Origin: Deltaproteobacteria bacterium
GTDB lineage: Bacteria > Desulfobacterota > Desulfobulbia > Desulfobulbales > VMSU01
NCBI GenBank assembly: GCA_013151175.1
Contig: JAADIV010000132.1
Location: 1-42,051 of the forward strand
DNA length: 42,051 nt
Direction: 5' to 3'
Part shown: in pieces, positions 28,858 to 39,116 of the stretch
How positions within the stretch are numbered: the first letter of the stretch is position 1
How the letters are laid out: every line of letters begins with the position of its first letter
Notes under the pieces: generated by a model
Database searches by the model: none
Told to the model about the DNA's origin: nothing
What the model saw: the letters and a program-made list of their open reading frames with translations, nothing else
Program-made: the position numbers and the translations under genes

Positions 28858-29369
28858 GCGCCGAAGTTGTCTATAACTGTGGCATTCTTACCCTGAGCGA
28901 TAAAGGGTCAAGGGGTGAAAGAGACGACACCAGCGGCGCCAACCTTCAGAAAATTATGCGGGCGGCCGGTTTCAAAATAATGGCTTACGAGGTAATCCCC
29001 GACAAACTGGAACTGATTGCCGATAAACTGACTACCTGGGCGGACAGCAGGGGACTGGATATTATCATTACCACGGGCGGCACGGGAGTCAGCCCTTCTG
29101 ACGTTACACCCGAGGCAACGGCTAAAGTGATCGACCGTGAACTGCCGGGAATCAGCGAGGCCATGCGTGCGGCCAGCCTGGAAATAACCCCGCACGCCAT
29201 GCTGTCCAGGGGTAAAAGCGGCATTCGCGGTACCTGCCTGATTATCAACCTGCCCGGCAGCAAAAAGGCGGCCGAGGAGAATATCGCTACCGTCATGGCA
29301 TGCCTGCCCCATGCCATTTATAAGATCAAAGGCGGCATGGCTGACTGCGGGGAACACAAAGCAGACTAA
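28854..29369 (+). CDS. mog: molybdopterin adenylyltransferase (MogA/MoaB family)
   Basis: LTLSD, D.SG, IITTGGTG...DVTPEAT, AMLSR, NLPGS. Confidence 0.9.
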   Translation: MSAEVVYNCGILTLSDKGSRGERDDTSGANLQKIMRAAGFKIMAYEVIPDKLELIADKLTTWADSRGLDIIITTGGTGVSPSDVTPEATAKVIDRELPGISEAMRAASLEITPHAMLSRGKSGIRGTCLIINLPGSKKAAEENIATVMACLPHAIYKIKGGMADCGEHKAD

Positions 29370-29374
29370 CCACC

Positions 29375-30427
29375 CTACTCCGTAATTTTGACTGCGGGCT
29401 TTCCTCCGCTTTTACGGGCCGCGATCTCACCGATAACGTAGGCCGTTTCGCCCAGAGCCTCTAGCTGCATAATAACATCGTCAGCCGTTTTACTGCCGAC
29501 AATCATAAGCATCCCTATACCGCAATTGAAGGTACGGTACATATCCGCGTTGCTTAGTTTGCCAGACTTTTGCAGAAAATCAAAGACCGGCATCACCGGC
29601 CAGGCCCCACGATCAATTACCGCCCTGCATCCCTGTGGCAAAACGCGAGGTACATTATCGATAAAACCGCCGCCGGTGTTATGCACTAGCCCGCCAACCT
29701 TAAAATTCTTAATCACATTCAAGACGCTCTCGGTGTAGATACGAGTGGGGCGGAGAAGCTCTTCGCCCAGGGTACACCCCAGATCATCGACATAATCACC
29801 CACCTTGAGGCCTAATTCCTCGAAGCATATCTGCCGCACCAGTGAATAACCATTACTATGCACCCCGCTAGCGGCCAAACCAATAATTTTATCACCTACC
29901 CTGATTGTCGAGCCATCAATAATGTTGTCGCGTTCGCATACCCCCACCGTAAAGCCTGCCAAGTCGTAGGTCCCCGGCGCGTACAGGCCTGGCATTTCGG
30001 CAGTCTCGCCACCGATTAACGAACAATTGGAAATCTCACAGCCCCTGGCAATGCCCTTGACAACATCAGCGGCCTGCGCCACATCAAGGGCGCCCACGGC
30101 AAAATAATCCAGAAAAAACAAAGGGCTAGCACCGGAGACGATAACATCATTAACGCACATAGCCACCAGATCGATGCCAATGGTGTCGTGTTTTTGGCAA
30201 AGCTCCGCGATCTTCAGCTTGGTGCCGACGCCATCGGTTGAAGAGACCATAACGGGGTCTGCATACCGGCCGCTGCCAAGGGCAAACAAACCGCCAAAAC
30301 CGCCGATACCGGTCAGTACCCCACGTTTAAAAGTCGCCGCCACCATGGGTTTAATGGTTTCAACAAATGAATTGGCCTTGTCTATATCGACTCCGGCCCC
30401 GGCATATCGGGATTTCTTTTCAGTCAT
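29375..30427 (-). CDS. purM: phosphoribosylformylglycinamidine cyclo-ligase
   Basis: YAGAGVDID, GGFGG, TDGVGTK, DLVAMCVND, GGETAEMP, SGVHSNGYSL, TFNCGIG. Confidence 0.97.
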   Translation of the reverse strand: MTEKKSRYAGAGVDIDKANSFVETIKPMVAATFKRGVLTGIGGFGGLFALGSGRYADPVMVSSTDGVGTKLKIAELCQKHDTIGIDLVAMCVNDVIVSGASPLFFLDYFAVGALDVAQAADVVKGIARGCEISNCSLIGGETAEMPGLYAPGTYDLAGFTVGVCERDNIIDGSTIRVGDKIIGLAASGVHSNGYSLVRQICFEELGLKVGDYVDDLGCTLGEELLRPTRIYTESVLNVIKNFKVGGLVHNTGGGFIDNVPRVLPQGCRAVIDRGAWPVMPVFDFLQKSGKLSNADMYRTFNCGIGMLMIVGSKTADDVIMQLEALGETAYVIGEIAARKSGGKPAVKITE

Positions 30428-30593
30428 GTTTTATATGGTCTGGTATTAGATTTTATCTGCTTGAGAATCGTTATAATCGCCTAGCGAGAATGTACTATTC
30501 AGGAAGCCCCAGGCGGGACAACTCTTTTAATCTTACCGGGGTAAAAAGTCAATTATTATTGTCGCCGTAGACGCCAAAATCCCGGATCGGGAA

Positions 30594-31619
30594 TTATATA
30601 TGGGAATCGTAAATATCCCTGAATATATCCAAGGATCTTTTGAAGGCCGACAGGACATCGGGATCAAAATGAGCCGCCATGGTACGACCATCACCTTCGG
30701 TAATTATTGATACCACCTTGTCATGGTCAAAGGCGGGTTTATATGGCCTTTTGCTGCGCAGAGCATCGTATTGATCCGTTATATTCATAATCCTGGCCGT
30801 GAGCGGTATCGCCTCACCCTTCAGCCCCTGGGGATAACCACTGCCGTCCCAGCGTTCATGGTGGCAACCGGCAATATCAACCGCCATGCGTAAGTACGGG
30901 GAAACGGAGCCGGCAAGGATCTGGGCGCCAATAGCGGCGTGGGTCTTCATAATCAGCCATTCAGCGTCATCGAGGGGGCCTTTTTTGAGCAATATGGCAT
31001 CCGGAATTGCCACCTTGCCGATATCGTGCATGGGTGAGGCATAAAAAATATTCTCGGCAAATTCCCGCCCCAACCCCATGCGCATGGCAAGTTCCCTGGT
31101 GCAATAACTTATACGCTTGATATGGGCACCGGTGTCTTCATCCTTGAACTCCGAGGTCAGAACCAGGCGGCGCACCGTCTCCACATAACCGTCCCGTAAC
31201 TGCCGGGTCTTTTCCGCCACCATTTCTTCAAGATGTTCCTGGTAGCGGTGTAGATTGATATGAACCTTTATCCTGGCGATAACAACCGCCGGGTTGATCG
31301 GCTTGGTGATATAGTCCACCGCCCCGAGTTCCAACCCCCTAGTCTCGTCCTCAGCTTCAATCTTGGCGGTCACAAAGAGTACGGGAATGGCGGCGATATT
31401 TTTGTCGGCCTTAAGGCGGCGGCAGACCTCATAACCATCCATTTCAGGCATCATGATGTCCAGTAAAATCAGATCCGGTTTGATTTGCGGCACCAACCTG
31501 AGCGCCTCCGCGCCGTTATTAGCCGCATAGATATCATAATCCGCCTTAAGCAGATCATTTAACACCCTTATATTGAACGGGGTATCATCAACGATTAGTA
31601 TTTTCAGATGTTCCCGCAT
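30594..31619 (-). CDS. response regulator, REC + HD-GYP phosphodiesterase, copy 2 (start re-called at MREHLK)
   Basis: ILIVDD...LLDIMMP, HDIGK, HHERWDGSGYP; close paralog of 4708-5739. Confidence 0.92.
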   Translation of the reverse strand: MREHLKILIVDDTPFNIRVLNDLLKADYDIYAANNGAEALRLVPQIKPDLILLDIMMPEMDGYEVCRRLKADKNIAAIPVLFVTAKIEAEDETRGLELGAVDYITKPINPAVVIARIKVHINLHRYQEHLEEMVAEKTRQLRDGYVETVRRLVLTSEFKDEDTGAHIKRISYCTRELAMRMGLGREFAENIFYASPMHDIGKVAIPDAILLKKGPLDDAEWLIMKTHAAIGAQILAGSVSPYLRMAVDIAGCHHERWDGSGYPQGLKGEAIPLTARIMNITDQYDALRSKRPYKPAFDHDKVVSIITEGDGRTMAAHFDPDVLSAFKRSLDIFRDIYDSHI

Positions 31620-34600
31620 TATCCTTAATCCTTGCAAATAACTCTCTGGCGGTCTTAAAATCAAAATTACCCAGAGCCTTGGCCATCTCCCCGGTTTCCT
31701 GCGGCCATTCGGCCGTCATAGTCCCTTTTAATGACTCAAATAATTGGCCGGCGGCCATTGAATTCGAGGCCAACAATTTATCCAATTTCTCTAAATACTC
31801 GGACATTGGGAGGGTAATATCAGCCACCATCTTAACTTCTGCCTTGTCAAGCGGGCGGCTATCAGCCGAATTTTCCCGCTTTATCACCGCCGTCAGTTTC
31901 CCAATTTCCCGGTCAACTGCCGCCAATTGACCACTGATGTCCTCCTCTCTTTTACTCATGGCATTTTCCAATTTTGCCGCCATCTCCTGTAATTGCCCCG
32001 CACCAATGGTGCCGGCTATGCCCTTCAGGGTGTGAGCAAGTCTCCCGGCGGTCTCGTAATCATCCTCCGCCAGGATCTGCCTCAACCGAGCGGCAAAATC
32101 GGCGTAGTCTCCGGCAAAATCAGCCAGGAGGCCAAAATAAAACTCCCGATCATTACCAACCTGCTTTATTCCCCTTACCATATCAAGAACAAGCAATTTC
32201 CCGCCGCCGCCCTGCCCACTGCCATAAATCTTCGGTATATGCCGCCCCTTACCCGTAAACCAACGCCCCAGGCAGAGGTATAATTCATCGGGAGCAAAGG
32301 GCTTGTTGATATGATCATTCATCCCCGCTGCCATACTTTTCTGCCGGTCTTCAGCCATGGCGTTGGCGCTCATGGCCACAATGGGCAGCTTGGTGAAATC
32401 ACCGCCCAGGTTACGAATAGCTCTGGTGGCGGTGAGACCGTCCATTACCGGCATCTTAATATCCATCAGCACCAGATCAAAATGTTTGTCCCGCACCAAA
32501 TCTATGGCTTCCCGGCCGTTTGCCGCAATTTCGACCTCAACCCCGGCCTGTTTTAGTACCTCGGCGGCAACCTGCTGATTAAGCACACTATCATCAACAA
32601 GAAGGACGCGCGCACCGCTAAAATCCACATTTTTACCGGTATCACTGGCCACCGCCCCTTCATCGGCATAACCAAATACTGTCATAATGGCGCGACTCAA
32701 TGCCGCCGCCGTAAATGGTTTTGCCACAACACCGGCCATTGGGTTTTTAGCGACAATTTCTGCGGCCGCCGCGACATCAGTAGCCGCAGCGATAATAACG
32801 GCATGGATCTGAGCCATTTGGGGTGAAGCACATATTTTTGCCTGCCTCTTCCAATTGTCATCTATAGATCTTCTAAAGTCAACCACCATAAGTTCAAAAG
32901 GCTTCTTGGCACCCGAAGCTGCCTGGATTATCTCGCAGGCGTCCTGGCAGTCAGACACAGTGCTAGTGTCAAGTCCAAAAGATGTCAGCAATTTGTGGAG
33001 CCTGTCTCTGATTTTTTTATGGCCGTCAACCACCAGGGTCTTCATTCCACGCAGATTAAGAGGCAGAAACGCCGTGTCCTGCGGGATACTGTCTGCCCGA
33101 AATCCCAACTTCAGGGTAAAGAAAAATTTTGTTCCCCGGCCATAGACGCTTTCAACCTGCAGCCTGCCGCCCATCATCCCCACTAGCTGCTGACAAATAG
33201 CAAGTCCCAGACCACTGCCGCCGTATTGTCTGGTGGTTGAGACATCGGCTTGCACAAATTTTTGAAATATAGTGACCAACGCCTCCTCTTTTATACCGAT
33301 GCCGCTGTCGGCCACAGCGCACTCCAGGACTAAATGTTTATCGTGGGTCAGGACGCGGGCCGAAATGTCGATCTCGCCCCGCTTGGTAAATTTTGCGGCG
33401 TTGGAGAGAAGATTATTGAACACCTGGGCCAAACGCACCGGATCACCAAGCAAAACGCCGGGAATATCTGGGGCGATATCCACAAGAAGTTCAACCCCGC
33501 CAGCCGCTATCTTGTCAGCCGATTGGGCAATCACTTTATCAATCAGAGCGTTAAAGTTAAACTCCGTCTCTTCCAACTCCAACCTGCCGGACTCAATTTT
33601 AGCGATATCCAGAACATCATTAATGAGATCAAGAAGCGATTGGGATGATATTTGAATTTTCTCAAGATAATCCCGCTGCTGCGGGGTAAGACCTGTCTGT
33701 ATGGCCAGATAGGTCATGCCGATAATCGCATTCATGGGGGTACGGATTTCGTGGCTCATATTGGCCAGGAAATCGCTCTTGGCTTGACTGGCGGCCATGA
33801 CTCTGGCGCTGCTCTTTTCAAGATCCTCCAACATATTGAGCATAGCCCTCCGCATATTATTTAATTCGATAATTTGTTTATTGGCCCTCTTCTCCGCCTT
33901 TTTTCTGGCGGAAATATCCTCTTTTATGATGACGAAATGACTAATCTCATCCCGGCTGCTAAAGACCGGGGCCGCAAGTTTATTTACCCAGAATCGCCGA
34001 CCGTCCCTGGCCGTATTGCGTAACTCACCCCGCCAGGTACCTCCAGATAAAAGGGTATTACGCATCGCCTCATTTAGAGTGTCATTCTCGCCGCCAATAA
34101 GGCTCAGATCATTACCCTTAACCTCTCCGGCGCTATACCCCGTCATCTGGCTGAAGGCCGGATTAACATATTCAATTACCCCCTTGTTGTCGGTAATGAT
34201 CACCGCCACCGGACTTTGCCTTATGGCGCCGCTCAACACACGCAGCTCCCTGTTCGCGTCTTGAAGCTCTGAGGTACGGGCAGCCACCTTCTCGTCCATC
34301 TCCCGGCTGAACCCGGAAAGGCCGGCGGCCATCGCGTTGAATGAAACAGCCAGCTGCCCCAATTCGTCACGGCTCTGTGGCTCAAGACGACAATCAAAAT
34401 CGCCGGCGGCAATTCGCCGGGCTCCGTTCCGCAGATCTTCCAGGGGAATAATTAATTGACGACTGATAAAAATGGCGATTAGAACAATAACAAGAAGGGA
34501 CAAAGAGAGCAGCATAAGGGTAAATCTCTTGAACCTGATAATGGCGGCAAAGGCCTCCGCCTGATCAATTTTAACCACCATCCCCCAATGTCGTTCCGGC

Positions 34601-35430
34601 AGATAGCGCCAGGCGCAGATAACTGGCACCCGGCGGTAATCAAGGGCCAGACCGGAGCCGATGCGGCCCCTCACCGCCTCCTGAATTGGCCGGCCGTTTA
34701 TGTCATGAAATTTAATCACCCTTTTGTAGGCGGCCTCTGGATCGTGGCGCAGAGGATTCAATACCAGAGCCCCATGTTGATCCAACCGGGCCAGGACGGT
34801 TTCCCCGCTGCGTCCCAGACCGCTAGTATCCTGAAGCAAACGATCGAAGTCCTGTATATTGATCTCAGAGATAATAACGCCAATGAACTTTCCGGCCCAA
34901 TTAATAGAACTGCTAAGATATAACGTGCGGCCGTGTTCCGGTCGTTTGTCATAATAGATCGGGGAGATGTAAATGCCATGCCGGTCTTTGCTTATAAGTC
35001 CTTGCCGGATAAAAGGCCGGCCGACTTCGTCCTTGTAATGAACGGGATTGCTACTGTAGATTACCACGCCATGAGAGTTGGTCAGCATAATATCCCGGAC
35101 TGCGGTTACCTGCGTAAAGGGGCGGAACTCATCATCAAGCGTTGCACGGGATTTGGCGGCGGCAGCTCCCATATGGCGAGTTATCCGGTTCAGGTCAATG
35201 ACCTGACGGATGACAAGGTCGTCATCCCGGAGTTCACGCAGATTCTGTTGGAGTGTTTTAAAATATGTTCTAATATGACCGATCTTATTATCAGCAATGA
35301 TGTTCAGGGTGACAAATTGATCTTTTTCCAATTCGTGTTGGGCAAAGTTAAAGAATAACCGGTAAACAAACATGGAGGGTATGAGAACCAGAACCAGAAA
35401 GGTGAGAAACATCTTGGTGCGTATTTTCAT
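31588..35430 (-). CDS. hybrid sensor histidine kinase 2 (TM-Cache-TM-HAMP-PAS-HisKA-HATPase-REC-REC-Hpt)
   Basis: FLANMSHEIRTPMN, NLLSNAAKFT, DSGIG, GGSGLGL, LMDIKMP, Hpt AHTLKGIAG; PAS YVNPAFSQMTGYS..WRGE. Confidence 0.93.
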   Translation of the reverse strand: MKIRTKMFLTFLVLVLIPSMFVYRLFFNFAQHELEKDQFVTLNIIADNKIGHIRTYFKTLQQNLRELRDDDLVIRQVIDLNRITRHMGAAAAKSRATLDDEFRPFTQVTAVRDIMLTNSHGVVIYSSNPVHYKDEVGRPFIRQGLISKDRHGIYISPIYYDKRPEHGRTLYLSSSINWAGKFIGVIISEINIQDFDRLLQDTSGLGRSGETVLARLDQHGALVLNPLRHDPEAAYKRVIKFHDINGRPIQEAVRGRIGSGLALDYRRVPVICAWRYLPERHWGMVVKIDQAEAFAAIIRFKRFTLMLLSLSLLVIVLIAIFISRQLIIPLEDLRNGARRIAAGDFDCRLEPQSRDELGQLAVSFNAMAAGLSGFSREMDEKVAARTSELQDANRELRVLSGAIRQSPVAVIITDNKGVIEYVNPAFSQMTGYSAGEVKGNDLSLIGGENDTLNEAMRNTLLSGGTWRGELRNTARDGRRFWVNKLAAPVFSSRDEISHFVIIKEDISARKKAEKRANKQIIELNNMRRAMLNMLEDLEKSSARVMAASQAKSDFLANMSHEIRTPMNAIIGMTYLAIQTGLTPQQRDYLEKIQISSQSLLDLINDVLDIAKIESGRLELEETEFNFNALIDKVIAQSADKIAAGGVELLVDIAPDIPGVLLGDPVRLAQVFNNLLSNAAKFTKRGEIDISARVLTHDKHLVLECAVADSGIGIKEEALVTIFQKFVQADVSTTRQYGGSGLGLAICQQLVGMMGGRLQVESVYGRGTKFFFTLKLGFRADSIPQDTAFLPLNLRGMKTLVVDGHKKIRDRLHKLLTSFGLDTSTVSDCQDACEIIQAASGAKKPFELMVVDFRRSIDDNWKRQAKICASPQMAQIHAVIIAAATDVAAAAEIVAKNPMAGVVAKPFTAAALSRAIMTVFGYADEGAVASDTGKNVDFSGARVLLVDDSVLNQQVAAEVLKQAGVEVEIAANGREAIDLVRDKHFDLVLMDIKMPVMDGLTATRAIRNLGGDFTKLPIVAMSANAMAEDRQKSMAAGMNDHINKPFAPDELYLCLGRWFTGKGRHIPKIYGSGQGGGGKLLVLDMVRGIKQVGNDREFYFGLLADFAGDYADFAARLRQILAEDDYETAGRLAHTLKGIAGTIGAGQLQEMAAKLENAMSKREEDISGQLAAVDREIGKLTAVIKRENSADSRPLDKAEVKMVADITLPMSEYLEKLDKLLASNSMAAGQLFESLKGTMTAEWPQETGEMAKALGNFDFKTARELFARIKDNAGTSENTNR

Positions 35431-35433
35431 GGT

Positions 35434-36957
35434 TTATGATCCCGCTGTATTGTAGCGTACCTCATGACCGGCCTTAACCAGGAGCCGATTAATTTCCTTC
35501 TTCAGATCCAACATGGCCAATTCCCGCCCTACGGCCAGGCGGTTAAATTTTTCCAATTCCTCCATCTGGCGGCGCAATTCCGCCTCCCTTTCCCGTAATT
35601 CCTGGCTGCGCTCCGTTACCAATTCCTCCAGGTGCTCTTGGTGGGCCTTAAGCTCCATCTGCAATCCCTGCCGCTCAGTAATGTCCCGAATTGAGGCAAT
35701 GACATAGACCCCCTGCTCCGTCTGTACCTGGCTTAAAACGGTCTCAATGGCAAATTCGCTGCCATCCCGGCGGAGTCCCCAACGGTTATTTGAGCCACAA
35801 CTCATGGGGCCGCGATGCATATCCATAATAAACCCGGCCCGATACTGGGGATGCTTCCCGGCAAAACGCCTGGGGATGAGCATTTCTACCTTCTGCCCCA
35901 GAAGCTCCCTGCGCTCATAGCCAAAAAGTCTTTCTATCTGCCTGTTGGCCAACAATATCTTACCACTCACATCAACGAATATTATGCCATCTGGTGAAGA
36001 TTCCAACATCAGTTCAAACTTCTGCTCATCTATTTTAATTTTCTCTTTGGCCAAATGATACTGGATAACCACTGCCGCCGTTTGGGTTACCTGCAACAGG
36101 GCATTCTCTATATGAGGCAAACGTCTGGTGCCATCTCTGACATAAAAGGTGAAGACACCCAACAGCTCTCCGGTGGCCCTCTTCATGGGGACACAATAAT
36201 GACCGTGATCACATATCCCCTCATATGTATTTTCGTGCCGCGCATCGATGTGCCCGGCAAAAATCACCTGGCCGCTTTGCACCGCCCGGCCGCAGAGGCA
36301 GGTGCCAAAGGGGACATTAGCACAGGTGACGAGCAGAGATTTCTCCAAATTATACTCTGCCATAAGCTCCAGGGACTTGTCTTTATTAGCCAGGAAAACC
36401 GCTCCCCTGGATTCCAGACCTAGCCAGCTTAACGCGGTCAAGCGCCGCATAAATTCAGGGAATATTTGCGCAAATTCCATATCGGCGAGAGAAATATGAA
36501 GCAGATCATTAATAATCTTATTTATTTTGACTTCATATCGATAGGCTATAACGGTCGTTCGTTCCCGGCAGATACGGCTCATTTTAGCCTCAAGCTCCTC
36601 TTTTTTGTAAGGCTTGGCGAGAAAATCCGTAGCCCCAGCCTTAATGACATCGACAAATGGGTACTTGTCACTATGACCGGTAATGGCGATACTGCTCGTG
36701 TCAGGATAGTTCTTGCGCAGATGCTGCAGAAGCTCAATGCCGTTCATCCCCGGCATTCCCATATCAGCGATAACCAGGTCGAAGTCCTGCCGTTGCAGCA
36801 TATTCACCGCCTCCAGACTATTGGCAGCCACAGCGTGACTATAGCCCAGAGCAGACATAAAACTAGCCAACAGATTGATGATGGCCGGAGAGTCATCAAC
36901 AAGGAGAACATGAGTAAAATTGAATTCTGTTTTCAGCGGATAATTATTGTCATGCAT
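35434..36957 (-). CDS. REC-GAF-PAS signalling protein with a C-terminal coiled coil and no recognisable output domain
   Basis: Canonical receiver (LVDD, IADMGMP, KP); GAF with CANVPFGTCLCG; PAS; tail ELEKFNRLAVGRELAMLDLKKEIN; GGAGG RBS. Confidence 0.85.
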   Translation of the reverse strand: MHDNNYPLKTEFNFTHVLLVDDSPAIINLLASFMSALGYSHAVAANSLEAVNMLQRQDFDLVIADMGMPGMNGIELLQHLRKNYPDTSSIAITGHSDKYPFVDVIKAGATDFLAKPYKKEELEAKMSRICRERTTVIAYRYEVKINKIINDLLHISLADMEFAQIFPEFMRRLTALSWLGLESRGAVFLANKDKSLELMAEYNLEKSLLVTCANVPFGTCLCGRAVQSGQVIFAGHIDARHENTYEGICDHGHYCVPMKRATGELLGVFTFYVRDGTRRLPHIENALLQVTQTAAVVIQYHLAKEKIKIDEQKFELMLESSPDGIIFVDVSGKILLANRQIERLFGYERRELLGQKVEMLIPRRFAGKHPQYRAGFIMDMHRGPMSCGSNNRWGLRRDGSEFAIETVLSQVQTEQGVYVIASIRDITERQGLQMELKAHQEHLEELVTERSQELREREAELRRQMEELEKFNRLAVGRELAMLDLKKEINRLLVKAGHEVRYNTAGS

Positions 36958-37317
36958 ATTTTTTATCCTCCATTATTTCGCCCGCAGGGATGGTAGGCCT
37001 GGCGGTATCGCCTAGCCAATCATACCGGCTGTTTTACTTGCTATACATAATAGCTTTTCCCTATCCTTTTGGCCATAGATTCCCCAAGAAAAATTTTAAG
37101 CAAAAATAAATATTTTTTTGCAAATCCGGCCAAATTAAGCACCTTGAACGTGTGACCTGGATGACGATCAGGAAGCCATTTCTCATAGTTCGCATTTTTT
37201 AATCCGTTTAAGTTATTTTGAGTTGTTTTTTCTGCCACATTGTAGTACGGTGGATAGACCGTGATATTTCTGTATAAGCATAAAAGCCACGGAAAAACAC
37301 AACCAACAGGACAACAA

Positions 37318-37728
37318 ATGACAAGCTCAGAATTCCTTGCGGCCCGCAAACGCCTTGCCGTAACCCAAAAGAAAATAGCCGATCTTTTGGGAGTCTCCAT
37401 TAAGGCTGTACACAGTTACGAACAAGGTTGGCGCCGAATTCCGGCCCATGTTGAGAGACAGATTTTTTTCCTGCTCTCCCGGCTTAACACCTATGAAAAA
37501 ACGATTAAACCATGCTGGATTGTGAAGAAATGCCCAACAGAGCGTAAACTGAGATGCCCGGCCTGGGAATTCCAGGCCGGCAAGCTCTGTTGGTTTATTA
37601 ACGGTACAATCTGTGAATGTGAGGCTCATGAAACGTGGCGAGATAAAATGGCCATCTGTCGGCGGTGTGTTGTTCTGGCAGATTTATTGGAAAAAGCAGG
37701 CATAAATATTGACACAGCGGATGATTAG
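37318..37728 (+). CDS. XRE-type HTH transcriptional regulator fused to a Cys-rich (two-CW-like) domain
   Basis: TQKKIADLLGVSIKAVHSYEQG HTH; CW..KKC..CPAW..CWFINGT.CEC..CRRC; ATG 37318 follows AGGA. Confidence 0.82.
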   Translation: MTSSEFLAARKRLAVTQKKIADLLGVSIKAVHSYEQGWRRIPAHVERQIFFLLSRLNTYEKTIKPCWIVKKCPTERKLRCPAWEFQAGKLCWFINGTICECEAHETWRDKMAICRRCVVLADLLEKAGINIDTADD

Positions 37729-37826
37729 TTTCCTTTTATGAGTTTTTGTATTGTCGATACTGCCGCTTTATTGTAAAAACATCCGAAGTAAGCTCGCCTG
37801 AAACTTAATAATCGGAGGACAATAAA

Positions 37827-39116
37827 ATGGCCGCATCAAAATATGGCTTTAACACCCGTGCCCTGCACAGCGGTTATACCCCGGATCCCACCACCAGAGC
37901 CAGAGCCGTACCTATCTACCAAACCACGTCATACACCTTCGACAGCACCGAACAGGCGGCCAATCTATTTGCCCTGAAGGCGCCTGACTTCCCCGGAGAA
38001 ATTTACAACCGTTTTACCAATCCGACCTATGAGGCGTTGGACGCACGCATAGCGAGTCTTGAAGGCGGATTGGCGGCGGCATCCCTGGCATCAGGCCAGT
38101 CCGCCACCTTCATGGCCCTGCTCACCATTGCCGGCACGGGTGACAATATTGTCGCCTCCAACTGCATATATGGCGGCACCTTCACCATGTTTGACCTCAC
38201 CTTCCCGCAGAAATTCGGCATAAAAGTTAAGTTTGTCGATCCCGAACCGGAGAAGATCAGCCAGGCTATTGATGCGAACACCAAGGCCGTTTTCGCTGAG
38301 ACCATCGGCAATCCCAAACTGAATGTCCTTGATATTTCCGGGGCGGCAAAGGCAGCCCACGCGGCGGGCATCCCCCTCATCATCGACAATACCTTCGCCA
38401 CCCCTTTTTTATGCCGGCCCTTCGAGCATGGCGCCGATATCATTGTTCATTCCGCCACCAAGTGGATTGGCGGCCACGGCACCTCCATCGGCGGCCTGGT
38501 GGTGGATTCCGGCAAATTCAACTGGGACAACGGTAAATTCCCAGATCTGACGGAGGATGACCCATCCTATCGGGGCGGCCTTAATTATTTCAAGGAATTC
38601 GGGCAATTATCATATATTGTCAAATTAAAATCACGTTTTATCAGGGATCTGGGCCCCTGCATGAGTCCTTTTAATGCCTTTCTCTTTCTCCAGGGCTTGG
38701 AGACCCTGGCCCTGAGAATGGAGAGACATTGTCAAAATGCCGCTGCCGCTGCCGGCTTCCTTAAAAATCACCCCAAGGTCAGCCAGGTCATTTATCCCGG
38801 CCTGCCCGAACACGCCACCCATGCTCAGGCGGAAAAATATCTGCCAAATGGCGCGGGCGGCATGGTTGGATTCAACATAAAGGGCGGTCTGGCCGCCGGC
38901 AGGCGCTTCATCGAACACCTTAACCTCTTCTCCCACCTGGCAAATGTGGGCGATGCCAAGTCGCTGGCCATTCATCCGGCCAGCACCACCCACTCGCAGT
39001 TAAACAGAGAGCAACAATTGGCGGCCGGAGTATCGGAGGATTTTATCCGCTTGTCTATAGGTATTGAGAATATTGAAGATATTATTGCCGATCTGGATCA
39101 GGCGCTGCGGCAATGA
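37827..39116 (+). CDS. metY: O-acetylhomoserine sulfhydrylase
   Basis: [34 protein letters not shown] (PLP lysine), [25 protein letters not shown]. Confidence 0.93.
   Translation: MAASKYGFNTRALHSGYTPDPTTRARAVPIYQTTSYTFDSTEQAANLFALKAPDFPGEIYNRFTNPTYEALDARIASLEGGLAAASLASGQSATFMALLTIAGTGDNIVASNCIYGGTFTMFDLTFPQKFGIKVKFVDPEPEKISQAIDANTKAVFAETIGNPKLNVLDISGAAKAAHAAGIPLIIDNTFATPFLCRPFEHGADIIVHSATKWIGGHGTSIGGLVVDSGKFNWDNGKFPDLTEDDPSYRGGLNYFKEFGQLSYIVKLKSRFIRDLGPCMSPFNAFLFLQGLETLALRMERHCQNAAAAAGFLKNHPKVSQVIYPGLPEHATHAQAEKYLPNGAGGMVGFNIKGGLAAGRRFIEHLNLFSHLANVGDAKSLAIHPASTTHSQLNREQQLAAGVSEDFIRLSIGIENIEDIIADLDQALRQ

Noticed and set aside
37118-37133. sigma54 promoter for the signalling operon (TTGGCCGGATTTGC on the minus strand)
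   Set aside because: GG-to-GC spacing is 8 nt, not the required 10.
37041-37400. 119-aa minus-strand ORF, and the other short antisense or alternate-frame ORFs in the track
   Set aside because: They overlap well-supported genes or promoter DNA and carry no recognisable motifs (shadow ORFs).
37729-37826. SAM riboswitch upstream of metY
   Set aside because: The region is too short and lacks the SAM-I core (ATC..GAG..GAGGGA..GGCCC).
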